Position numbers and translations under genes: made by a program
The notes under the pieces: model-generated
Databases searched by the model: none
What the model was told of the DNA's origin: nothing
Seen by the model: only the letters and a program-made list of their open reading frames with translations
Part shown: positions 8,519-16,406 of the stretch, in pieces
Layout of the letters: each line of letters opens with the position of its first letter
Numbering within the stretch: the stretch's first letter is position 1
Source: an uncultured Actinomycetes bacterium
GTDB lineage: Bacteria; Actinomycetota; CALGFH01
DNA: 35,483 nt
Direction of reading: 5' to 3'
NCBI GenBank assembly: GCA_937881255.1
Contig: CALGFH010000011.1
Span: forward strand, 1 to 35,483

Positions 8519-10903
8519 ATGCACCTGCGCTCCCTCAGCCTGCGCAACTACCGCGTCTACCGGTCGGTCGACCTGGAGTTCCCCGACGGCCTGATCGGCA
8601 TCTACGGCCCCAACGGCTCGGGCAAAAGCACCTTGATCGAGTCGCTGCGCTGGGCACTGTACGGGGACTCGCGGACCGACAAGTGGGAGCTGCGGTCGGC
8701 CGGGGTGGGGGAGGACGTGCGGGTCGAGCTGGTGTTCGAGCACGAGGGGAACACCTACGACGTGCGGCGGCGGCTGAAGGGGCGCAACCTCACGCCCGAG
8801 GTCGAGGTGTTCCTCAACGGGCAGCTGGCCGCCCAGTCGGTGCGGGAGGCGAACGCGTACCTGGCCAGGGTGGTCGGGATGGACCAGCGGGCGTTCCTGG
8901 CCTCGGTGTGCGCCCAGCAGAAGGAGCTGACCGCGTTCGCGACCATGCTCCCCAGCGACCGGCGGCGGCTGGTCCTTGACCTGCTCGGGGTCAGCCCGGT
9001 CGAGCGCGCCCTGGCCAAGGTGCGCGAGCAGGGCCGCGATGCCCGCACCGCCGCCACCGGGGCCAGGGCCGGGCTGCCCGACCTGGCCGAGCTGGAGACG
9101 GGCGCGGCCGAGGCGGCCGCCGAGCAGGCCGCGGCCGAGCAGGCCGTCCAGGACGCGGCCGCCGCCGAGGCCGGGGCGGCCGCCGCCCTGGCCGCCGCCG
9201 AGCACGAGACCGCCGCCGCCGAGGTGGCCTTCAAGGCCCTGGAGGAGCTGCGGGCCAGGGCCGGGCTGGCCAGGGCCGGGGCCGATGGGCACCGCCAGGA
9301 GGCCGAGCGCCACGAGGCCAGGGCGGCCGAGGCCGACCGGCTCGGGCCCGAGATCGAGGCCGCCACCGCCCGGGTGGCCGAGCTGGCCGCCGCGGCCGCG
9401 CCCCTGGCCGCCCTGGAGCAGGCCCGCGAGCAGGCGGCCGCCCGGGCCAACCTGGCCACCGCCCTGGAGGAGGCCAAGGGCCGCCAGCGGACCAGCGAGC
9501 GGGCGTTGGCCAAGGCCGAGGAGGACGCGGCCGGGGCCGGGAAGCTGGTCGCGGCCCGGGTCGAGGCCGAGCAGACCCTGGCCGGCCTGGACGAGCAGCT
9601 GGCCGGGGCCCGGGAACGGCACGCCGAGCTGAGCGAGGCCGCCGGGGCGGCCGCCAACCGCCTCCAGGCGGCGACCAGGGCGGCCTCGGCCGGGGCCGGC
9701 CTCGACCCGGACGCGCCCTGCCCGACCTGCGGCCAGCCGCTGGGGGCGGCCCACGAGGAGCTCCGCCGCCGCCACCAGGAGGAGCTGGCCGAGGCGACCG
9801 CGGCCAGCGCCGCCGCCGCCGAGGCCCGCCAGGAGGCGGTCACCGCCGGCAAGGCCCTGGCCGAGCGACGGGCCGCCCTGGCCGAGCTGCTGGAGCAGGC
9901 GCGGGCGGCCGAGACCAGGGCGGCCAAGGCGACCGCGCTGGTCGAGGCGGCCTCGGCCGCCCTCGAGCTCAGCCTGGCCGACGTGGCCACCCGCCAGCGG
10001 GCCCTCGACCAGGCCCCCGACCCCGGCTTCGACCCGGGCGCCTGGCAGCGGGCCCGGGAGGCCGCCGAGGCCCGCCAGGAGGCGGCCCTGCACCTGGCCG
10101 GGCTGGAGCGGCGGGTCGCCCAGGCCGACGCCGAGCGCGGCCTGGCCAAGCAGGCCCTGGCCCGGGCCGACCAGGCCGACGCCCGCGCGGCCGCCCTCGA
10201 CGCCGAGGCGGCCGCCCTCGGCCCGGCCGACGCCGTGCTGGCCGAGGCCAGGGAGCGGCAGAAGGCGGCCGCCCTGGCCGCCACCGCCGCCCACGGGGCC
10301 CGCAGCGCCGCCGCCCAGGCCCTGGCCGGGGCCGAGCGCCTGGCCCGGGCCCGCCAGGACGCCCTGGAGGCGGCCCGGGCCCAGCACGAGCGGGTCGCCG
10401 GGCTGGAGGAGCAGGCGGCCTACCTGCACCGGCTGTCCGACCTGGTCGCCGGGTTCCGGCTGCACCTGGTCAGCCGGCTCGGGCGGCGGCTGTCGGTGGA
10501 GAGCGCGGCCCTGTTCGCCGAGCTGACCGACCACGAGTACCAGGACCTGGTGGTCGACCCCGAGGACTACGCCATCCGCATCGCCGACGCCGGCACCGAG
10601 CACGAGCTGTCGCGCTTCTCCGGCTCCGAGAACGACCTGGCCAGCCTGTCCCTGCGGGTCGCGGTCAGCCTGGTCATCGCCGAGAGCGCCGGCGAGCTCG
10701 GCCTGCTGGTCCTGGACGAGGTGCTGGGCGCCCTGGACCGGGAGCGGCGCGAGCGGATGCTGGCCGCCCTGACCCGCCTCCAGGGCCGTTTCCGCCAGGT
10801 CCTCCTGGTTACCCACAACGACGAGGTGAAGGACCTGCTCCCGGCGGCGATCGAGGTCCGCAAGGGCTCCGACCGCAGCTCGACGGCGACCTTGCGGGAC
10901 TGA
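8519..10903 (+). CDS. rad50: Rad50/SbcC-family SMC-like ATPase with central zinc hook
   Basis: Walker A is GPNGSGKST. A long Ala/Glu-rich coiled coil surrounds a CPTC hook at 9719-9730, which is residue 401 of 794. The signature region is FSGSENDLASLSLR, Walker B is LLVLDEVLGALD, and the H-loop is LLVTHND. Confidence 0.85.
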   Translation: MHLRSLSLRNYRVYRSVDLEFPDGLIGIYGPNGSGKSTLIESLRWALYGDSRTDKWELRSAGVGEDVRVELVFEHEGNTYDVRRRLKGRNLTPEVEVFLNGQLAAQSVREANAYLARVVGMDQRAFLASVCAQQKELTAFATMLPSDRRRLVLDLLGVSPVERALAKVREQGRDARTAATGARAGLPDLAELETGAAEAAAEQAAAEQAVQDAAAAEAGAAAALAAAEHETAAAEVAFKALEELRARAGLARAGADGHRQEAERHEARAAEADRLGPEIEAATARVAELAAAAAPLAALEQAREQAAARANLATALEEAKGRQRTSERALAKAEEDAAGAGKLVAARVEAEQTLAGLDEQLAGARERHAELSEAAGAAANRLQAATRAASAGAGLDPDAPCPTCGQPLGAAHEELRRRHQEELAEATAASAAAAEARQEAVTAGKALAERRAALAELLEQARAAETRAAKATALVEAASAALELSLADVATRQRALDQAPDPGFDPGAWQRAREAAEARQEAALHLAGLERRVAQADAERGLAKQALARADQADARAAALDAEAAALGPADAVLAEARERQKAAALAATAAHGARSAAAQALAGAERLARARQDALEAARAQHERVAGLEEQAAYLHRLSDLVAGFRLHLVSRLGRRLSVESAALFAELTDHEYQDLVVDPEDYAIRIADAGTEHELSRFSGSENDLASLSLRVAVSLVIAESAGELGLLVLDEVLGALDRERRERMLAALTRLQGRFRQVLLVTHNDEVKDLLPAAIEVRKGSDRSSTATLRD

Positions 10904-10933
10904 CCGGGGCCGGGGCCGGGTCCGCTTGCCTCG

Positions 10934-10962
10934 TTGCGTTCCTGAAAGCGGTATCCCATACT
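10934..10962 (+). promoter_or_regulatory. Candidate housekeeping-type promoter TTGCGT-17-CATACT upstream of the DUF4193 gene
   Basis: The -35 element is 10934-10939 and the -10 element is 10957-10962, in a locally AT-richer intergenic region. This is a pattern match only. Confidence 0.3.
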
Positions 10963-11070
10963 GCGCCGACCTGTGTGCGCCGCGTGTGCCGCCGCGGCAC
11001 TCGGGAACAACCGCCCGTCAGGATGCGTTGCCCGGGAACGCCACGCACCAGCAACCAAGGAGACCACCCA

Positions 11071-11340
11071 GTGGCCGAAGCAGAGGAAGAGGAGGAGGGG
11101 CAGGTCGAGGCCTCTCTCGAAGAGCTGATCGCGAAGAAGGCCGACCGGCCCACCATCACCGACGACGAGGACGAGGACGAGTCGCTGCTGGCCACCGGCC
11201 GCGACGAGGCGCGCGAGTCGCTGACCACCAAGGTGCTGCCGGTGCAGCAGAATGAGTTCGTGTGCAAGAGCTGTTTCCTGGTCAAGCACCGCAGCCAGCT
11301 CGCCGACCGCCGGCGAACGCTGTGCCGCGACTGCGCCTAG
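11071..11340 (+). CDS. DUF4193-family protein (acidic N-terminus, C-terminal CxxC...CxxC)
   Basis: AAGGAG RBS followed by GTG 11071. The translation reads VAEAEEEEEGQ...DDEDEDE...EFVCKSCFLVKHRSQLADRRRTLCRDCA, typical of the conserved actinobacterial DUF4193 family. Confidence 0.75.
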   Translation: MAEAEEEEEGQVEASLEELIAKKADRPTITDDEDEDESLLATGRDEARESLTTKVLPVQQNEFVCKSCFLVKHRSQLADRRRTLCRDCA

Positions 11341-11398
11341 GCATGGCGCCGGAGGGCGGGACACCGCACGGGCATGGGGGGGCCGGGCGGGTGCCCTG

Positions 11399-13057
11399 GT
11401 GAGACCGGCCCTCCGGCTGCTCGCCGCCCCGGTCAGCGGGGCGCTGCTGGCCGCGGCCTTTCCTGCCCTCGACCTGGGCCCGCTCGCCCTGGTCGCGCTG
11501 GTCCCGCTGCTCCTGGTGGTCGAGACCGCCCGGCCGCGCCAGGCGGCCGCCCTCGGCTATGTCGCCGGGCTGGCCTTCTTCGGCCTGCACCTGCTCTGGA
11601 TCGCCCAGTTCCTGTCCTGGACCGGGGCGGTGGCCTGGCTGGCCTGGGGCGCGCTGAGCGCCATCCAGGCGGCCGCCTTCGCCGCCTTCTTCGCCCTGGT
11701 CCCGGCGACCCGCCCGCTCGGCGGGTGGCGGCTGCTGGTCCTGCCGGCCGCCTGGGCGGTCCTGGAGCTGCTCCGGGCCCACCACCCGCTCGGTGGGTTC
11801 CCCTGGGGGCTGCTCGCCCTCAGCCAGCACGACGCCGGGCTGCTGCTGCCCCTGGCCCGGGTGGTCGGCGGGGTCGGCCTGGCCGCGGTGATCGTGGCCG
11901 TCAACCTGGCCGTCGCCTTCTGGGTCCGGGCCCTGTGGTCCGGCGCCCAGGAGGAGTCGCGCTGGCGCCGACCGGAGGGGTCCGGGGAACCCCAAGGGGG
12001 TGCCCCGGTGAGATGGGTCCCCCTGGTCGGGCTGCCGCTGCTGGTCGCCGGGCTGCTCGGGGCCCGGCTGGTCGTGCCCGGGCCGCCGGCGCCGTCGGGG
12101 CCGGCCCTTGACGTGGTCGTGGTCCAGGCCGGCCTGCGCGGCGGGCACGGGCTGGACCAGGGCCAGACCACCGAGCAGGTCTTCGACAACCACGTCCGGC
12201 GCACCGAGACCCTCGCCCTCACCCCCGGCGACCGGCCCGACCTGGTCGTCTGGGGCGAAGGGGCGGCCGACGCCGACCCGCTCAGCAACCCCGACCGCCA
12301 GGCCGCGGTGGCCAGGGCCGCCGGCGCCGCCGGGGCGCCCATCCTGCTCGGCGCCACCACCCGGGTCGACCAGGACCACCGGGCCACCGAGGGCCTGCTC
12401 TACACCCCCGAGGGCCAGCTCGCCGACCGCTACCAGAAGCGCCGGCTGGTCCCCTTCGGGGAGTTCGTCCCCCTGGGGAGCGTGCTCGGCCGGCTGATCC
12501 CGGCCACCCGCGAGGGCGTCCCCTACGACAAGGTCCCCGGTGAGCGCCTGGAGCCGCTGCTGATCGACGGGGTCCCGGTCGGGCCGCTGATCTGCTGGGA
12601 GTCGGCCTACCCGGGCGACGCCCGCCAGCTCACCCGCGACGGCTCCCAGGTGCTGCTGATCATGACCAACAACGCCTCGTTCGGGACCGGGGCCGGGCCC
12701 CGCCAGCACCTGGCCGCCGGGCAGCTGCGGGCGGTCGAGACGGGCCGGACGATCGTCCAGGCCGCCGTCACCGGGATCAGCGCCGTGATCGACCCCGGCG
12801 GCCGGACCAGCTCGGAGACCGGGCTGTACCAGGACACGGTGATCCGGGTCCAGGCCGAGCCGCGCAGCGGGACCACCCCCTATGTCCGCTGGGGCCGGAT
12901 GCTGGAGGCCGGGCTGGTCGGGGTCACGGTGGGGGGGCTGGCCCTGGCCGGGGCGCTGTGGTGGCGGCGGCGGGCCCGGGCCGGGCGGCCGGTCCCCGCC
13001 GGGGAGCCGGCCCCGGCCCGCTGGGACGTGGTCCCGCCGGTGGGAGGGAAATCGTGA
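11399..13057 (+). CDS. lnt: Apolipoprotein N-acyltransferase (Lnt/Ppm2-like)
   Basis: Multi-pass hydrophobic N-terminus (LLAAAFPALDLGPLALVALVPLLLV). The C-terminal nitrilase-like domain has WGEGA, YQKRRLVPFGEFVP and ICWESAYPG. The GTG 11399 start is inferred. Confidence 0.8.
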   Translation: MRPALRLLAAPVSGALLAAAFPALDLGPLALVALVPLLLVVETARPRQAAALGYVAGLAFFGLHLLWIAQFLSWTGAVAWLAWGALSAIQAAAFAAFFALVPATRPLGGWRLLVLPAAWAVLELLRAHHPLGGFPWGLLALSQHDAGLLLPLARVVGGVGLAAVIVAVNLAVAFWVRALWSGAQEESRWRRPEGSGEPQGGAPVRWVPLVGLPLLVAGLLGARLVVPGPPAPSGPALDVVVVQAGLRGGHGLDQGQTTEQVFDNHVRRTETLALTPGDRPDLVVWGEGAADADPLSNPDRQAAVARAAGAAGAPILLGATTRVDQDHRATEGLLYTPEGQLADRYQKRRLVPFGEFVPLGSVLGRLIPATREGVPYDKVPGERLEPLLIDGVPVGPLICWESAYPGDARQLTRDGSQVLLIMTNNASFGTGAGPRQHLAAGQLRAVETGRTIVQAAVTGISAVIDPGGRTSSETGLYQDTVIRVQAEPRSGTTPYVRWGRMLEAGLVGVTVGGLALAGALWWRRRARAGRPVPAGEPAPARWDVVPPVGGKS

Positions 13058-13806
13058 GGGCGCTGGTGGTCATCCCGACCTACAACGAGGCCGAGTCGGT
13101 GGTCGAGGTGCTGGACCGGGTGCTGCTGGCCGACCCGCGGGCGGACGTGCTGGTGGTGGACGACGGCAGCCCGGACGGGACGGCCAAGCTGGTGCTGGCG
13201 CGGAGCGAGGGCGAGCCCCGGGTCCAGCTGATGGAGCGGGGCGGCAAGCAGGGGCTGGGGGCCGCCTACCGGGCCGGGTTCGCCTGGGGGCTGGAGCGGG
13301 GCTACGACGCCCTGGTCGAGATGGACGCCGACCTGTCCCACCCGCCGGACCGCCTGCCGGCGCTGCTCGACGGGCTGGCCGGCGCCGACCTGGTGATCGG
13401 GTCGCGGTACGTGCCCGGCGGGCGGACGGTCAACTGGAGCCGGCTGCGGGAGGCGATCTCGCGCGGCGGCAACGCCTATGTGCGCCTGGCCCTGGGGATC
13501 CCGGTGCACGACTGCACGGCCGGCTACCGGGCCTACCGGCGGGAGGTGCTGGAGGCCCTGCCGGTGGAGGCGGTCCGCTCCAACGGCTACTGCTTCCAGG
13601 TCGAGATGGCCCACAAGACCTGGCAGGAGGGGTTCCGGGTGGTGGAGGTGCCGATCACCTTCACCGAGCGGGCCTCCGGGGTGTCCAAGATGAGCAAGCA
13701 GATCGTGGCCGAGGCGCTGCTCCGGGTCGCCCAGTGGGCCCTCACCGGGGGGCGGCGGCGGGCCCGCGAGCACCATCCGCGCAGCGTCGCCCGCGCGGAC
13801 GGCTGA
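13054..13806 (+). CDS. ppm1: Polyprenol-phosphate mannose synthase (GT2 family)
   Basis: The start overlaps the lnt stop as GTGA, with GGGAGGG as RBS. Motifs are VVIPTYNEAE, VVDDGSPDGT, EMDADLSHPP and GSRY. lnt-ppm1 adjacency is well known in Actinobacteria. Confidence 0.85.
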   Translation: MRALVVIPTYNEAESVVEVLDRVLLADPRADVLVVDDGSPDGTAKLVLARSEGEPRVQLMERGGKQGLGAAYRAGFAWGLERGYDALVEMDADLSHPPDRLPALLDGLAGADLVIGSRYVPGGRTVNWSRLREAISRGGNAYVRLALGIPVHDCTAGYRAYRREVLEALPVEAVRSNGYCFQVEMAHKTWQEGFRVVEVPITFTERASGVSKMSKQIVAEALLRVAQWALTGGRRRAREHHPRSVARADG

Positions 13807-13817
13807 CGGGCCGGCCG

Positions 13818-14558
13818 GTGGCACCCGACCTGGACACCGAGGCGGCCGCGATCACCGCGGCCCTGCGGACGCTGGCGCCCGACCTGACCGTGGTCCCGGT
13901 CATCAGGACCAGCCGGCCGTTCTACGGCGCCCGGGTGGGCGACCTGCGGGCCACCGCCGCCGGGTGGCTGCGGGCCCACCCCGGGGCCACCCCCGGCCAG
14001 GTCGCCGGCCTGGCCGACCGGCTCTGGAACACCGGGATCCGGGAGGAGCAGCTGGTCGCCTGCTTCCTGCTGGCCCGCGACCGGGCCGCCCTGGCCGCCA
14101 CCGACCCGCGGCGGGTGCTGGCCTGGACCGGCCTGCTCGACAACTGGGAGACCACCGACCAGCTGGGCATGAACGTGCTCGGCCCGCTGGTCGCCCTCGA
14201 CCCGGGCGGCCGCCTGGGGCTGCTGACGGAGCTGGCCGGCGACCCCAACCCCTGGTCCCGGCGGCTCGCCCTGGTCGCCTGCACCCGGCTGGCCAGGGCC
14301 GACGGCGCGGCCCGGTGGTGGCCGGCGGTGGCCGAGCTGCTGCTCGACCTGGCCGACGACCGGGAGGCCGCCCTGCCCAGGGCCAGCTCCTGGGTGCTGC
14401 GCAGCTGGCTGGGCCCGTGCCCGGAGGAGGTGGCGGCGTTCGTCGACGCCAACGCCGGGCGGCTGCCCGCCCTGGCCGTCAGGGAGACCAGGGCCAAGCT
14501 GGCCACCGGCACCAAGCGGCCCCCGCGCCGCCCGGCCCCCGCCGGAGGGCGGCCGTGA
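13818..14558 (+). CDS. DNA alkylation repair protein (AlkD-like HEAT-repeat family)
   Basis: The pattern LWNTGIREEQLVACFLL...DNWETTDQLG...NPWSRRLALVAC...SWVLRS matches the DNA_alkylation family. The GTG 13818 start lies 12 nt after the ppm1 stop. Confidence 0.6.
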   Translation: MAPDLDTEAAAITAALRTLAPDLTVVPVIRTSRPFYGARVGDLRATAAGWLRAHPGATPGQVAGLADRLWNTGIREEQLVACFLLARDRAALAATDPRRVLAWTGLLDNWETTDQLGMNVLGPLVALDPGGRLGLLTELAGDPNPWSRRLALVACTRLARADGAARWWPAVAELLLDLADDREAALPRASSWVLRSWLGPCPEEVAAFVDANAGRLPALAVRETRAKLATGTKRPPRRPAPAGGRP

Positions 14559-15340
14559 CCGGCGCCGGGGCCATGGCCACCCACGCCGCCCGGCTGGCCC
14601 GGCGGGCCGCCGAGGTGGCCGTCTGCCTGGACTTCGACGGCACCATCGCCCCGATCGTCGAGGACCCGGCGGCGGCCCGGCCCCTGGCCGGGATCGTCGA
14701 GCTGCTCGGGCCGCTGGCCGACCGCTACGCCGCCGCCGCCCTCGTCTCCGGCCGGCCGGCGACCTACCTGGCCAGCCACGCCGCCGCCCCCGGGGTCCGC
14801 TACCTGGGCATGTACGGGCTGGAGGAGATCGTCGAGGGCCGGGTCCAGGTGGACCGGCGCCTGGAGGCGGCCCGGCCGGCGGTCGCGGCGGCCCGGCGGG
14901 ACCTGGCCGCCGACCCCGGGGTGCTCGAGAGCGGCGCCCACCTGGAGGACAAGCGCTACGCGGTCGCCGTCCACACCCGCCGGGTCGCCGACCCGGCCCG
15001 CTGGGCCGGCCCGGTCGGCCAGGCTGCCGAGCGGGTCGCGGCCGCCCACGGCCTGGAGGTGGTGCCCGGGCGGATGGTGTGGGAGCTGCGCCCCCAGGTC
15101 CGCAGCGACAAGGGCGACGCCGTCCGCCGGGTGGCCGCCGAGTCCGGCGCCCGCCGCCTGGTGGTGGCCGGCGACGACCTCGGCGACCTGCCCGCCTTCG
15201 CCGTCGCCGCCGAGGCCGGCGGCGGGCTGCGGGTCGCGGTCCGCTCCGAGGAGGCCCCGGCCGAGCTGCTGGACGCGGCCGACCTGGTCGTGGACGGGCC
15301 CGAAGGGGTCCGCGAGCTCCTCGAGCACCTGCTCCGCTGA
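14555..15340 (+). CDS. otsB: Trehalose-6-phosphate phosphatase (HAD-IIB)
   Basis: The start overlaps the previous stop as GTGA (an alternative ATG is at 14573). HAD motifs are CLDFDGTIAP, LVSGRP, SDKGDAV and VAGDDLGDLPAF. Confidence 0.75.
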   Translation: MTGAGAMATHAARLARRAAEVAVCLDFDGTIAPIVEDPAAARPLAGIVELLGPLADRYAAAALVSGRPATYLASHAAAPGVRYLGMYGLEEIVEGRVQVDRRLEAARPAVAAARRDLAADPGVLESGAHLEDKRYAVAVHTRRVADPARWAGPVGQAAERVAAAHGLEVVPGRMVWELRPQVRSDKGDAVRRVAAESGARRLVVAGDDLGDLPAFAVAAEAGGGLRVAVRSEEAPAELLDAADLVVDGPEGVRELLEHLLR

Positions 15341-15398
15341 CCGCCCACGGTGAGTTGCTGGGCACCGGGCGCGCCAGCCGGTAGCATCGGTCGCTGCC

Positions 15399-16406
15399 GT
15401 GCGCATCGAGTCCTCCGTCACCGCCGTCTCCTGGGTCCCCCTGGACTGCGTCGAGGGTGGCCAGCGGCTCGCTTTCCACATCGGCGCCGCCCAGTACGAC
15501 GACCCGCCGCCCGACCAGCTCGACGACCTGCCGTCGCTGCTGGCCGCCGGGCGGGTCCGGCTGGCCAACCAGCTCCGGGCCTTCGTCGAGGTCAGCGACG
15601 GCGTCATCGTCGCCTCCGGCCAGTCCGGCCAGGGTCACGTCGGCGCGCCCCGGGGGGCCGCCGACGCCGCCCAGGTCGGGTTCGCGGCCGTGCCCCTGCC
15701 CGACCTCCGCCCCGACCCGGAGACCGGGGACGGCTGGGTGCGGTTCGGCCAGACCGCCGGCGGGCTGCTGTCGGTCGGCATGCCCTACCGGGGCGGCCCG
15801 GACGGCTCGCCCCGGCTGGCCGCCCCGGCCGCCTGGACCACCCTGGCCCTGACCATCCACGCCGACGGGACCAGCCGCCAGGAGCTGGCCGGGGCCAGCC
15901 CGTTCCCCCGGCACTGGGTCTACGACCACCAGGGGCGGCTGATCGCCACCTCCGGGGTGGTCGACTTCACCGGCTGGCAGGCCGACGCCTGGGACCCGTT
16001 CACCCCCTGGGGGGGCCGCGACGCCCCGGTGCGGGCCACCGCCGTCGAGACCGCCCTGGAGCGGGAGCTGTCCCAGGTCATGCTCGGCTCGTCGCCCCAC
16101 TGGATGCGCCTGCGCACGGGCGCCACCCTGGTCGCCCAGGGCGACCCCGGCAACGAGCTCTATCTCCTGTTCGACGGGCTGCTGGCGGTGGAGATCGACG
16201 GCCGCACCGTGACCGAGCTGGGCCCGGGGGCGGTGGTGGGGGAGGTGGCCCTGCTCGACGGCGGCCGCCGCACCGCCACCCTGCGGGCCGTCACCCCCTG
16301 CCGGGTCGCGGCCGTGCCCGGCGGCCGGATCGACCGGGCCGCCCTGGCCGAGCTGGCCCGGACCCGCGGCTGGCCGGGGCCCGGGGCCGGCGGGGGCCGG
16401 GCGTGA
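15399..16406 (+). CDS. Two-domain protein: unknown N-terminal domain of about 230 aa plus a C-terminal cyclic-nucleotide-binding (CAP/CNB) domain
   Basis: The C-terminus reads LRTGATLVAQGDPGNELYLLFDGLLAVEIDG. The phosphate-binding cassette GEVALLDGGRRTAT (16242-16283) is intact. I recognise no motif in the N-terminal part. GTG 15399 has no SD sequence, and TAGCAT at 15382-15387 suggests a near-leaderless mRNA. Confidence 0.7.
   Translation: MRIESSVTAVSWVPLDCVEGGQRLAFHIGAAQYDDPPPDQLDDLPSLLAAGRVRLANQLRAFVEVSDGVIVASGQSGQGHVGAPRGAADAAQVGFAAVPLPDLRPDPETGDGWVRFGQTAGGLLSVGMPYRGGPDGSPRLAAPAAWTTLALTIHADGTSRQELAGASPFPRHWVYDHQGRLIATSGVVDFTGWQADAWDPFTPWGGRDAPVRATAVETALERELSQVMLGSSPHWMRLRTGATLVAQGDPGNELYLLFDGLLAVEIDGRTVTELGPGAVVGEVALLDGGRRTATLRAVTPCRVAAVPGGRIDRAALAELARTRGWPGPGAGGGRA

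Noticed and set aside
9050-10400. Highly repetitive GCC/GAG-rich DNA in the rad50 coiled coil, as a possible tandem repeat or CRISPR-like array
   Set aside because: There is no fixed repeat unit or spacer periodicity. The repetitiveness is codon-level (Ala/Glu/Arg) within a continuous open frame.
8249-10816. 855-aa and 509-aa minus-strand ORFs antisense to rad50
   Set aside because: They are low-complexity Gly/Pro/Leu/Ala and Ala/Ser/Arg translations mirroring the Ala/Glu-rich Rad50 coiled coil. The plus frame carries the Walker A, zinc hook, signature and Walker B motifs.
10904-10925. CCGGGGCCGGGGCCGGG run after the rad50 stop, as a terminator or repeat
   Set aside because: It is a direct GGCC-type reiteration that does not form a convincing stem-loop, and no U-tract follows.
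15355-15387. TTGCTG ... TAGCAT as a full sigma-70-type promoter for the CNB gene
   Set aside because: The 21-nt spacer is too long for a canonical -35/-10 pair. Only the -10-like TAGCAT, 11 nt before GTG 15399, is retained as a hint of a near-leaderless transcript.
13587-16100. 837-aa and 561-aa minus-strand ORFs across ppm1, the AlkD-like gene, otsB and the CNB gene
   Set aside because: The translations are Arg/Pro/Gly-rich and carry no motifs. The region is fully explained by plus-strand genes with HAD, GT2 and CNB signatures.
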